Below are positions 1 through 45,356 of a DNA stretch of 64,000 nt, one piece after another. Source of the DNA: Hormiphora californensis (Eukaryota; Animalia; Ctenophora); assembly GCA_020137815.1 (NCBI GenBank), contig CM035360.1, positions 682,001-746,000 of the forward strand. The letters are read 5' to 3'. Position 1 is the stretch's first letter. Every line of letters starts with the position of its first letter. The translations under genes and the position numbers were made by a program. Under the pieces are notes generated by a model, which saw nothing but the letters and a program-made list of their open reading frames with translations, was not told the DNA's origin and did no database searches.

Positions 1-34985
<34,985 letters not shown>

Positions 34986-35820
34986 CTATATAACGTTACT
35001 TTTATTACTGCATGGTTAGTGGTTACTCAATATTCATAACGCCCCAGTTACAGTCTGGAATCTGCCATCAGTCCTAGGGAATCTGCCATAAGGCCTGATG
35101 GCAGATTCCCTGAACGCTAAACCACGTGAAGCGGTTGCGCGGCTCAACTTTCCATGTGAAATAAGTAGAGAGTCGCGTCAATTGTTAGTATAGGGGGTGG
35201 GTAGGAGCCATCAGGTCCCTGATGTCAGGTTTCCAATTTGTAACTGGTCCGTTAGAAATAATTGCAAAACTTGCAAATGAAGATTTATAAACTGAAAATT
35301 AAGGGGCAGAATCAACATGAGGGACTGGCGATTGAAAATCTCAAATTTTGGTATTTGTGAACTTGATCGCCGAGCGTAGACACTAGACTCATACTCGCTG
35401 GTCATGCCCAAAGACATCCCGAGCTGAAACTTAACAAAGTCCTTCTTTGGGAACCACTTTATGGTCAAACCAAACGTGACAGGCATTGAAAAACCTTTGT
35501 GGACGTTCCACCCGCCTTAATTCAAAGTCAAGAACTTGATCATGGCATACACTGCTGACTTCAGTCTGCAGCTCAGGCCTTCATTTTGGGTCATCAGCGA
35601 GGACTCCTCACTCCTTAGCGAAAACAAACCCCAACACCGATTGGCATCACTTTTCAACAGCCGAAGAGAAGCTGCCGAAGAGAGAAAGGGGGTAACCGGG
35701 AGTTAATCTCGACGAGAACAACCTTATTTTAATTTTTGAAAAAGTGTTAAAAAAATGTCCAGCTGGCTGATGGGCGCGATTATAATCTGGGTGCCTTGCA
35801 GCCTGTTTACAGGTGCGCGC

Positions 35821-35973
35821 TACCAAGACCATCATGCCTGTCACAACTGCGCCCAAACAACATCTGATACACCTCCTCCAGCACATAATGCCGGATCCTC
35901 CATCTGCCCTGTCTATAGAGCTGCCTACGAAAAAGCCTCAAAAAACGCGAGAAACCAACCCACCCTGGAATAA
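35821..35973 (+). pseudogene. C-terminal remnant of LINE ORF1 (CCHC zinc knuckle)
   Basis: CHNC-x10-HNAGSSICPVY matches the CxNC..HxA..CPxY terminal knuckle of gag-like ORF1 proteins; it overlaps the ORF2 frame. Confidence 0.7.
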
Positions 35974-38867
35974 AAGTCGGAAATTTTAACTGTCGGTCCC
36001 TAAACAACAAAACCATCGAAATTGCTACAATGTGTATAGAGGAAGATCTCGACATTCTCTGCCTTACGGAAACTTGGCTGACAAATGGCGACACTGTCAC
36101 CGGTGCTATACTCTCTGAAATCGATTACCAGCTACACAGTATCCCTAGAGACAGCAGAGGTGGAGGTGTGGCCATCATTGCAAAGAACACTCTGCGAATC
36201 ATTCCAGCTAAACTAAAATCTCGGTTTACATCCTTTGAGGTAATAGAGGTTACTGTAAAAGGTTCCCACTTGCAGGACTCCATCTTCTCGGTAATATACC
36301 GCCCCCCATCCTCTTCTTCTACTATGTTTCATACCGAATTCGAGGAATATCTTGCAACAATGTCTACAAGACAAGCACACCTTCATCCCATCATAATGGG
36401 TGATTTCAACATTCATATGGAGGATGATACAGACAACGCTGCAATCCGCCTACATGAACTTCTTCTTGACGAGTGCTGGGAACAACACATTGAGGTACCG
36501 ACCCATACAGATGGCGGCACTATAGACTTGGTGCTGACCAAAGACACTGAAGGAGCTCCATTAATATCAGAACCTCAGGTCACCCCCAGTCCTCTTTCGG
36601 ACCATCATCTCACAACTTTTAAGTTTCACATAGGAAAACCTAACCGACGTGAAACAAAGATTGTGAAATCGAGAAATATGAAGCACCTGAACATTGATGA
36701 CTTCCGTAAAATGGTGGCGGTCTCTCCCCTTTGTAAACTTCTACGCCCGAAGTCACTAGAAGACTGCATTAATCTCTATGTTGACACCCTAACTGACATT
36801 CTGAACACTCTAGCCCCGGAGGAGGAAAAAGAAGTACCCATTTTCCAAAATCCACGGTGGTATAATGAAGACTGCAAAAATGCAAAACGCAACCGCCGTA
36901 ACATTGAGACAACGTGGAGGAAGCATCTAAGTGAGTCCGTCGACATCAAAACACTAACTTCGACATGGAATTCGTACAAAGAGGCTATGAAGAACACCGC
37001 TAAAATGCTGAGAACAAGCAGAACCGGCTACTATCGAAAGAAGCTTGAAATCAGTGCTGATGATCCAGCGGCTACTAACAAAACTGTCAATCATCTGCTC
37101 GGAAAGCAGAAGATACCCACAGAACTCCCAACAATGTTCTCCGAAAACGAGCTTCCGGACAAGTTCAACAATTTCTTCAAATCAAAAGTTGACAGCATCT
37201 ACGAAAAAATCCAATCAAACACCTGCTTCACAGAGGAACTACCCACCATCCCCGATACCTTCGAACCTCCCTCGAACAAACTAACAAAGTTTGCTACAGT
37301 TAGTGACCAGGAACTCCTTGACATCATAAAGACCATGAATAAAAAACACTGTGACTCCGATCCGATACCCACAAGCATGGTTCTTGCCCTACTCCCGGAA
37401 CTTCTTCCAATCCTATCCGACATAGTAAACAAAAGTCTCCAGAGTGGAGGTTTCCCTGAGGCGTTCAAAACGGCCCTAATACGCCCTTCTTATAAAAAGA
37501 AAGGCTTAGACCCGGATGAACTTACCAGTTACCGACCCATCTCCAACCTCTCCTTCCTCTCTAAGCTGGTGGAAAAATGCGCTGCAGTCCAATTGTCGAA
37601 ACATCTTGAAGATAACAACCTGCTACCAGATGCCCAATCGGCTTATAGGCCAAACCACAGCACCGAAACTGCACTTCTCAAGGTTGTTAACGATCTCCTT
37701 CTCATAACGGACAAGAAATCCAAAGCAGTCTTAGTTTTGCTGGACCTAAGCGCCGCTTTCGATACCATTCACCATCCCACACTTCTAAACAAGCTTGAAC
37801 ACCATTATGGAGTCACTGGAATGGCACTAACTTGGTTCAAAAGCTACCTTACCGGACGGAAGACAAAAACCAAGATTGGCAACGTAACATCTGCCCCGCT
37901 GACCATCGAAATTGGAGTCCCACAGGGCTCCATACTGGGACCGCTACTTTTCATCCTCTATACCAAGGAACTCGAAGCTATTGCAAAACATCATGGCCTC
38001 GAGATCGAATTGTATGCCGACGACACGCAGCTCTATGCGGCCTTCTCGAACGATAACCTAGCCAACCTTGAGAAAACCCTACAAGCATGTCTGTACCATA
38101 TTAAAACGTGGATGTCACAGAACTTCCTCTGTCTGAATCCCTCGAAGACAGAAGTAATGTTCCTGAGAAACAGAAATGACAAGCTGCCAAATCCAACTTC
38201 TATCCAAACCCTTGAAAACGAACAACCCACTGTACCCACAACAAGTGTAAGGAACCTCGGAGTGATGTTGGATCCCGAACTAACCTTCTCTGTTCACGTG
38301 TCCAAAGTTGTCCGCTCCTGCAATGTTGCCTTGCTAAATCTTTGGAAGATAGGATCCAAACTGTCACGGAAGCTGAAGACCCAGCTAGTAAATACTCTCA
38401 TCCATTCTCATCTTGACTATTGCAACGGACTCCTAAAAGGTCTCTCTGCAAAAGACCTCAGCCGGTTACAAAAAGTCCAGAACTCTGCAGTAAGATTCGT
38501 TTTCTCCAAACACTCATACCGAGGTACAACTGCACTTCGCCAAAGGCTCCATTTCCTACCCATTGAGCAGCGTGTCAACTTCAAACTCTGCCTGATGACA
38601 CACAAGATCATTAATGACCGTGCTCCCAAATCTACGGCTTCACTACTCCAGATAAGGCAGAAAAAGCCGAAATCACTCCGGGCAGACCATGATGCTACTA
38701 TCCTCGAAAAACGGCACACAAGGTACAAATCTTCAAGCGGAGCCTTTAGTGTCGCTGCTCCAGCCATATGGAACTCTCTCCCCCGCTCCCTCCGTGAAAC
38801 AACCTCCACCTCGGCCTTCCGATCCAGCCTAAAAACTCATTTCTTCAAAGAGGCATATGACCTCTAA
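35919..38867 (+). CDS. LINE ORF2: AP endonuclease + reverse transcriptase (open frame from 35919; first ATG at 36030)
   Basis: VGNFNCRSL, LCLTETWL, RGGGVAI, VIYRPP, MGDFNIH, TIDLV, LSDHH (APE); YRPISNL, QSAYR, LLDLSAAFDTI, GVPQGSILGP, LYADDTQ, RNLGV (RT); L2-like C-terminus AFSVAAPAIWNSLP..FRSSLKTHFF. Confidence 0.95.
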   Translation, partial: SCLRKSLKKREKPTHPGIKVGNFNCRSLNNKTIEIATMCIEEDLDILCLTETWLTNGDTVTGAILSEIDYQLHSIPRDSRGGGVAIIAKNTLRIIPAKLKSRFTSFEVIEVTVKGSHLQDSIFSVIYRPPSSSSTMFHTEFEEYLATMSTRQAHLHPIIMGDFNIHMEDDTDNAAIRLHELLLDECWEQHIEVPTHTDGGTIDLVLTKDTEGAPLISEPQVTPSPLSDHHLTTFKFHIGKPNRRETKIVKSRNMKHLNIDDFRKMVAVSPLCKLLRPKSLEDCINLYVDTLTDILNTLAPEEEKEVPIFQNPRWYNEDCKNAKRNRRNIETTWRKHLSESVDIKTLTSTWNSYKEAMKNTAKMLRTSRTGYYRKKLEISADDPAATNKTVNHLLGKQKIPTELPTMFSENELPDKFNNFFKSKVDSIYEKIQSNTCFTEELPTIPDTFEPPSNKLTKFATVSDQELLDIIKTMNKKHCDSDPIPTSMVLALLPELLPILSDIVNKSLQSGGFPEAFKTALIRPSYKKKGLDPDELTSYRPISNLSFLSKLVEKCAAVQLSKHLEDNNLLPDAQSAYRPNHSTETALLKVVNDLLLITDKKSKAVLVLLDLSAAFDTIHHPTLLNKLEHHYGVTGMALTWFKSYLTGRKTKTKIGNVTSAPLTIEIGVPQGSILGPLLFILYTKELEAIAKHHGLEIELYADDTQLYAAFSNDNLANLEKTLQACLYHIKTWMSQNFLCLNPSKTEVMFLRNRNDKLPNPTSIQTLENEQPTVPTTSVRNLGVMLDPELTFSVHVSKVVRSCNVALLNLWKIGSKLSRKLKTQLVNTLIHSHLDYCNGLLKGLSAKDLSRLQKVQNSAVRFVFSKHSYRGTTALRQRLHFLPIEQRVNFKLCLMTHKIINDRAPKSTASLLQIRQKKPKSLRADHDATILEKRHTRYKSSSGAFSVAAPAIWNSLPRSLRETTSTSAFRSSLKTHFFKEAYDL

Positions 38868-39410
38868 AATCGTTATCAAAATCCAAAAGAGACTCCTCAG
38901 ACAATTGTGTGTTTTTTGTGTATTTCTGAGTGTGTTTTTAAGTCAAGTGTTTCCAGTGTTTTTTGAGTACTGAGGTCTTAGAGCGTTTCTCCAAGTGTTC
39001 TAGTGCTTTTTCTAGTGTGTTCTAAGCGTTTTTATTTTTATTTGTTAATGCTTGCCTGCCTGCCTGCCTCTTTTTTGTGATGAGTTTCTTTCGATACCCC
39101 GGGCTGTTTTTCAGACTCATTTGTTTCCAGTATATGTGTGTATGTGTGTGTCTTTTTTAAGTGTGATCTAAGTGGTTTTTATATATTTGTTACGGGATGG
39201 AAGTTTCTATTTTTTATGAGTTTTAATTTTTTGGGCGTACCCAGGGCTGTTTCTTTTGTAGACGAATTGTAGAGATAACTTATTGATGACCTAATTTATT
39301 GATAAAAGAAAGAAAAAGAAAAAAAACGAAAAAAAAACGAAAAAAAAACGAAAAAAAAAACAAAAAAACAAAAAAAAAAAACAAAAAAAAAAAAAAAAAA
39401 AACAAAAAAA

Positions 39411-39452
<42 letters not shown>

Positions 39453-41387
39453 AAAAAAAAGAACAAAAAAAAAAAAACAAAAAAAAAAATCCCCTACCTA
39501 CCCCCCCCCCCCCCCCCTCCTTGGTGGTGTCTCAACCTATGATTCTGGGCGTCTGTTAGTTCCACTAAATATTCTGATTCATAGTTTTGTCCTTAGTCTT
39601 GTCCTTAGTCCTGTCTGTTGGTCTGCTGTTTTACTGTCGATCTACTACCCTTCGGTTTTTCCTTTCACTGTCAGTGCTGTTGTCCTTTTCACTGTGAGTA
39701 GTACCCAATCTAGGCTTGAGACACTAGCCGTCAACCTTGGGAGCAAATAACCCTCCCGAGGAATATACCTCCTCAGAAAACGTGTTGCCGATATTCACGT
39801 CCATGCCTGATCAATCACCCATAAGAAAATCACCTCCTAATCTCACCATACGCCGAAGATAAAGGACCGCTCTAGGAGCAGGCATCTGGTTGCAGTCACT
39901 GTTTTTCGGAAAGGCGGACCATTTGCATATTACAAACTGTGTCAGAGCGGGATATAAACTGTTGCTATTATTATTATTATTATTATTAAAAGAGTACACT
40001 TAGACCGACTTTTTTCAAACGGCTATAGCCACGAAACCACATGGCCAATTTGAGTAAACTAAACGGTATCTGTTAGAGAATCGATAGCTCTAACCGATAA
40101 CCCCAAACCAAACCCTAACCAGACCCTAACGGATAGCCCTAACCCGTCGCGCGCGCCAAAACTACGAATTGTAAGCAATGGAAGGCACCCAGATTTTAAG
40201 GTTTTCCCTGGCTGATATGATGATCTGAGAGTTTTTAACTGAAGACGCGCGTCGTGACGCGCTTGCGCGCAAATCCAGAGCTGACGCCGCGCACGCGCAC
40301 AACTGAAATGTCACTCAGTCAGAAATTCCAAATTTCGAAATAAAAACGGAAAAAGTGAAGTTGGAGTTTCGACTTGGAGGGCAAAAGGCAAGCTTTCTCT
40401 TTGAAAAGCGCTGCTTTCTCTACCTCTTTTTCAGCATAGTAATTAGTAAACTGAAAAAAGGGTAACGAACGCGTATTTGCATGTGATAACCCTCGATTAC
40501 TCTCTAACTACGGCAAAACCCGCATATTACCGGAAAGAGTACAATTTTGTGAACCCGTAAAATTTTGGTTTGAAGAATTTGGTCAAGAAACAAAGACATG
40601 AGAATTTTCCGACACGTAAATTGATCTCATTGTAGGTTGCATATCGAGTATGGCGAGTTCACAGCCCCTTCAATGGTACCCTGGATCACCCTTCTTGCCA
40701 CAAGGTACTTATTGTTATTTCCCAAGATACTAATTAACATATTATGAGAGAATCCAATATTCTAATATTATGTAGGATTGTGATTAACTTGGCTGCTTGG
40801 AAGTGGTGCTAATTGGTTGCGTCCTAAATTCTGTATATTTTAATAAATAAACAATCATTCAGGTGTACCAGTATTCTCGCCAAATCGAATGCAGCCTCTC
40901 TACTCGAGGTAAAAACCACCCCATTGTCGGCCCGTCTACAATCTCTCATAAACCCGTACATTAGGAATTCAAATAATATCTCTCTCTCTCCACCAATACT
41001 CGATATATCCTGTAGGTCTCCAGCTGCGTATGGAGGCGGAGTGCCGTCTGTAGCAGCTACAGCCTCACCGTTTGCAGCGGATACTTGGTCAGCAGGTATA
41101 TACGATTCACACTACCCTGTGGCCACCCAATATAAATAACCCAGAATTTAGTGGTCCTATAACAGCCACCCAATATAAATAACCCAGAATTTAGTGATCC
41201 TACAGCCACCTAATATAAATAACCCAGAATTTAGTGGTCCTATAACAGCCACCCAATATAAATAATCAACACTCTAGTGGAGAAGTTGATGTCAATGTAT
41301 TGTAGTGTGGGTTTTGTAACATGTGAATTAACATGGTAAAGTCCTGTCAGATTCAGTTGTTAGGGGCTCACCAGCTGATGGGGTAAG

Positions 41388-41529
41388 TGTGTCACGTGAT
41401 ATGCCCATATATGGTGTTGTGTGTCACGTGATATGCCCATATATGGTGTTGTGTGTCACGTGGTATAATGCCCATATATGGTGTTGTGTGTCACGTGGTA
41501 TAATGCCCATATATGGTGTTGTGTGTTAC
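41388..41529. repeat. ~31-bp repeat (GTGTCACGTGATATGCCCATATATGGTGTTGT), also filling introns 19252-19340 and 26721-26794
   Basis: 4-5 tandem units here and about two in each of the two introns. Confidence 0.85.
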
Positions 41530-42103
41530 GTTTGGAGCCAACTAATTGTTGTAAAAACACTCAGTGTCGTTAATCTGTTCGTTACCAACAGTGTGTTGTC
41601 AATCTGTTGTTATTTACCGTTCAGCATTCAGTGAGGCACAACCCCTGAAACCCTTTCAGTGAGGCCCCCTTTTTCAACCACAGTCACTGTCATTACAATC
41701 TCTCTTGGTAATACGTCCATCCGCTTTCCCTCTGTTACTATGTGACCACAAGTTTCCCAATTTCTGATCTCAGACCTAACTCAGTTTATCCTCATCCTCT
41801 CGATCTCTCCCCTGTTATCGCTCCCTACTCTCTCGTCTCGTGTTGTCCCAGTCAGTGATCGGAGGCTTTCACTCGCATCTCAGTAGAGTCCTCTCAGCCT
41901 CCGACGAAGAGGAGAGAGCGTCGAGAGAGAGAGGGCGAGAACTCGGAGCAGCTTCGCGAGAAGAGAGCGGACGCTCCAGAGATCTGCTCGGGACTCTACG
42001 CGCGAGTCGAGAGCGCGTATGCGTCTCGAGAGTCTGCTCGCTACTGTCTGCACGAGACGACCTCTCTCCTCGCTTCTCGATGCTGTTCTCCCCCTCTCTC
42101 GTC

Positions 42104-42141
<38 letters not shown>

Positions 42142-42541
42142 AAATTTCAAGTGGGTGAGAGAGTCCTGGCAGTGTTCGAAGTTAGAATTATAACAACACG
42201 CTAGGCCTCGCCCCTGTGTAGCGAGATAGAGAGAGTTTGTTACTTTAACTAGTAGAGAGATAGAAGGAAATATCTTGACTGTCAAAGCTATCATCTTACT
42301 ACGAGATTCTCACTTTCTGTTTGTAACATTTTGATATTTTGTTCTGACCCTCCTTAACAGGGTCAAGCACTGTGAAGTGTGATTGTCATTGTGTTCAGAA
42401 TTGTCATCATTATTGTTGTTGTTGCACTGTGATTTATTTGTACGTTTTATCCGGCCCTTTTTTGTTTTGTTCAAGCAAACAGGTTCAAGCAAGGCAAACC
42501 CTAATTTCACATATTTGGTTCGATATTATATCTCACGTTAC

Positions 42542-42977
42542 CTCAAGTTCCACCCTCTCACAGAGCAAGTCTCGACGTTTTAGTTGCTGTAGTTCCTGGA
42601 GCTCCTTTCCTTACCACAAATCCTCAATCCCAATAATATCCCAACAATATGTGAAATCTAGATAAATCCCAGTAATATAGAATTATTCCCCTACTAGGCT
42701 AGAACAGATTGGCTAAAGAGTGGACTTCAGTTTGCGGGTAAGCTATATAACTTCTAGAACTTCTAGAACTAACTTTTAACATCTACGTGTGAGAGGCTGT
42801 CTTTTCTGTATATTCAAGGCCGAAATCGACCCCCCATTCTCGGAAAAAGAAACTACCATATTCTTACCGGTGTCATTCTCTCCGTCGCCTTTATTTTCCG
42901 TTTACTTGTTCCTTCCGTCTTCATTCCTTGGTGATGTAGGGAATGGAAGTTCATCTCAAGATGATCTTGTTGAATAG
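42542..42977 (-). CDS. Tentative 5' exons of the RIM-like gene (coding or UTR)
   Basis: Donor-terminated open segments MNFHSLHHQGMKTEGTSKRKIKATERMTP|gtaag (42868-42954) and ELQELQQLKRRDLLCERVELE|gtaac. Phase linkage to exon 34985 is not resolved. Confidence 0.35.
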
Positions 42978-43819
42978 CTGCAGAATCATAGCACTGGCAA
43001 GTGCTCCGGGCCCATCCAGATACAATTCTCTTTCTGTCATGAGCCCCCTGTTATTCATCAGACTTCAGAGATATAATAACAATGTCAGTCCCTGGATATA
43101 ACACGTGTTCTAAGGAGTGTGTTCGTTAGAGAATAAATTCTCAGGAAGTCAAGATCACATTGGGAACTAGATTATATTGTCAGATTATGCTTATAAAGAT
43201 CCCGGACACAGAGCTGGGGCTTGAATATTATTAATTATTCCATGGCCCTGCATATTCCTCTTCTATCCGTTTCTTTCTTTCTTTTTTATCACTTCATCGT
43301 TCCTAATTAATCCCTATAATTCTATCTTGTTTCTTTGTAGGTATAGATTCTGTTAATTTCTTTCTGATTAGTTTGATCAAGTTTCTATCACATGCTAATT
43401 ATAATTCTAGTTGTTGGAGTTGTTGCTGCGATAAGGGCTCACTAACCCTGTGCTACAATAAGGACTCTAATAGCATTATATGCGAGGGTAGCCACGTGTT
43501 AAAAACTTGTCTCTCTCAGAGAGGAAGAGAGACTAAATCCCTCCCTTAATTTAATGCTTGCCCTTTTTACGGGCCATTATAGTCTTTCAAAGTCATCCCT
43601 GAGTCCCCCAATTTTATCTCTCTCTCTCTCAATACTGCAGTTTTGTTACTTATTTAATGCTTGCCCTTTTACTTCATAATAAGTTTGGGTCATATAGTCT
43701 TTCAAAGTTCTTTTTTATACCAAGTATGTCCTTGCGTCTCCCCCCCCCCCCCCCAATTAAAACTACCTCTCTACAGTGTTGTTAGTTGAAATGTTTCAGA
43801 GTCAAGTGGAGTTTTGAAG

Positions 43820-45324
43820 ATGAGCTCATTTGATAAGATTGGTATTCCTTTCTCTACCTTCCACGATATTAAGGTAGTTGTAATATCTCTCCACATGGTA
43901 ATTGCATCACTGACTATTTTACTACTATTTTACTACTATTTTACTACTATTTTACTACTATTTTACTACTGTGATACCTGTACCTGTACACCCATTATTT
44001 ACAGCCGAATCGGATAACCCTAAAGATGGATATTTCCTACACAGATCACTCCTTTATAATTGGTCGTGGCGGACACAACATCCAATCAGGTACTGGGAAC
44101 ACCCCCCCCCCCCCCAACTCTACCCCATCCAACTCTACCCCATAGACCCACCCGGCCCCGCCTGCCCTGCCCATCTCACTCCCACCCCGCACCCGACCCC
44201 GCCTGCCCTGCCCATCTCACTCCCACCCCGCACCCGACCCCGCCTGCCCTGCCCATCTCACTCCCACCCCGCACCCGGCCCCGCCTGCCCTGCCCATCTC
44301 ACTCCCACCCCGCACCCGACCCCGCCTGCCCTGCCCATCTCACTCCCACCCCGCACCCGGCCCCGCCTGCCCTGCCCATCTCACTCCCACCCGGCCCCAC
44401 CTGCCCTGCCCATCTCACTCCCACCCCGCACCCGGCCCCACCTGCCCTGCCCATCTCACTCCCACCCCGCACCCGGCCCCGCCTGCCCTGCCCATCTCAC
44501 TCCCACCCCGCACCCGGCCCCGCCTGCCCTGCCCATCTCACTCCCACCCCGCACCCGGCCCCGCCTGCCCTGCCCATCTCACTCCCACCCGGCCCCACCT
44601 GCCCTGCCCATCTCACTCCCACCCCGCACCCGGCCCCGCCTGCCCGCCCCATCTCACTCCCACCCCGCACCCGGCCCCGCCTGCCCTGCCCATCTCACTC
44701 CCACCCCGCACCCGGCCCCGCCTGCCCTGCCCATCTCACTCCCACCCCGCACCCGGCCCTGCCTGCCCTGCCCATCTCACTCCCACCCCGCACCCCGCAC
44801 CCGGCCCCGCCTGCCCTGCCCATCTCACTCCCACCCCGCACCCGGCCCCGCCTGCCCTGCCCATCTCACTCGCACCCGGCCCTGCCTGCCCTGCCCATTT
44901 CACTCCCACCCCGCACCCCGCACCCGGCCCCGCCTACCCTGCCCATCTCACTCCCACCCCGCACCCGGCCCCGCCTGCCCATCTCACTCGCACCCGGTCG
45001 CGCCTGCCCTGCCCATCTCACTCCAAACCCCGCACCCGACCCGATATTTCTTGGTGACACAGATCACTCGGTCGTGGTGACTGGTGGACTCCCGCCATAT
45101 AATGGGGCTTGGAGGGAAGTATAATTTAGCTGACAGGAGTTACACTTTTCTACATAGCTTCTATGACATCAAGATTGTTATTCCGTTCGTAAGAAACTAA
45201 GAAAAAGCTTGTTGAGTGTATTTTGAGCTTGTTGTGAGAGAACAAGCATGCTTTGTGTGACAGGGGGCTTGTCCTTGTGATATTACAACAAGCAAGGAGA
45301 GAGAGAGGGGAGAGAGAGAGGGGG

Positions 45325-45356
<32 letters not shown>

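Larger units (their letters stand above)
35821..39988 (+). mobile_element. 5'-truncated L2/CR1-group LINE: ORF1 remnant, intact ORF2, long 3' UTR, (TAT)n tail
   Basis: ORF1 C-terminal Zn knuckle, APE-RT ORF and the terminus ..GAGCGGGATATAAACTGTTGC(TAT)7. The 5' boundary is approximate and no clear TSD was seen. Confidence 0.85.

Noticed and set aside
39299-39559. Lys-rich ORF / apparent LINE poly(A) tail
   Set aside because: Looks like a low-quality A-run; a more typical L2-like end with (TAT)n lies at ~39945-39988.
40098-40146. CCCTAA-like motifs as a telomere remnant
   Set aside because: Only 3-4 degenerate units within a probable interspersed repeat.
41840-42294. Arg/Ser/Glu-rich ORFs
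   Set aside because: Low-complexity, GA-repeat-derived or garbled sequence with no domain signal or clear splice sites.
43971-45124. Pro-rich 354/369-aa ORFs
   Set aside because: Translations of the 41-bp intronic minisatellite; the real exon is 44005-44089.
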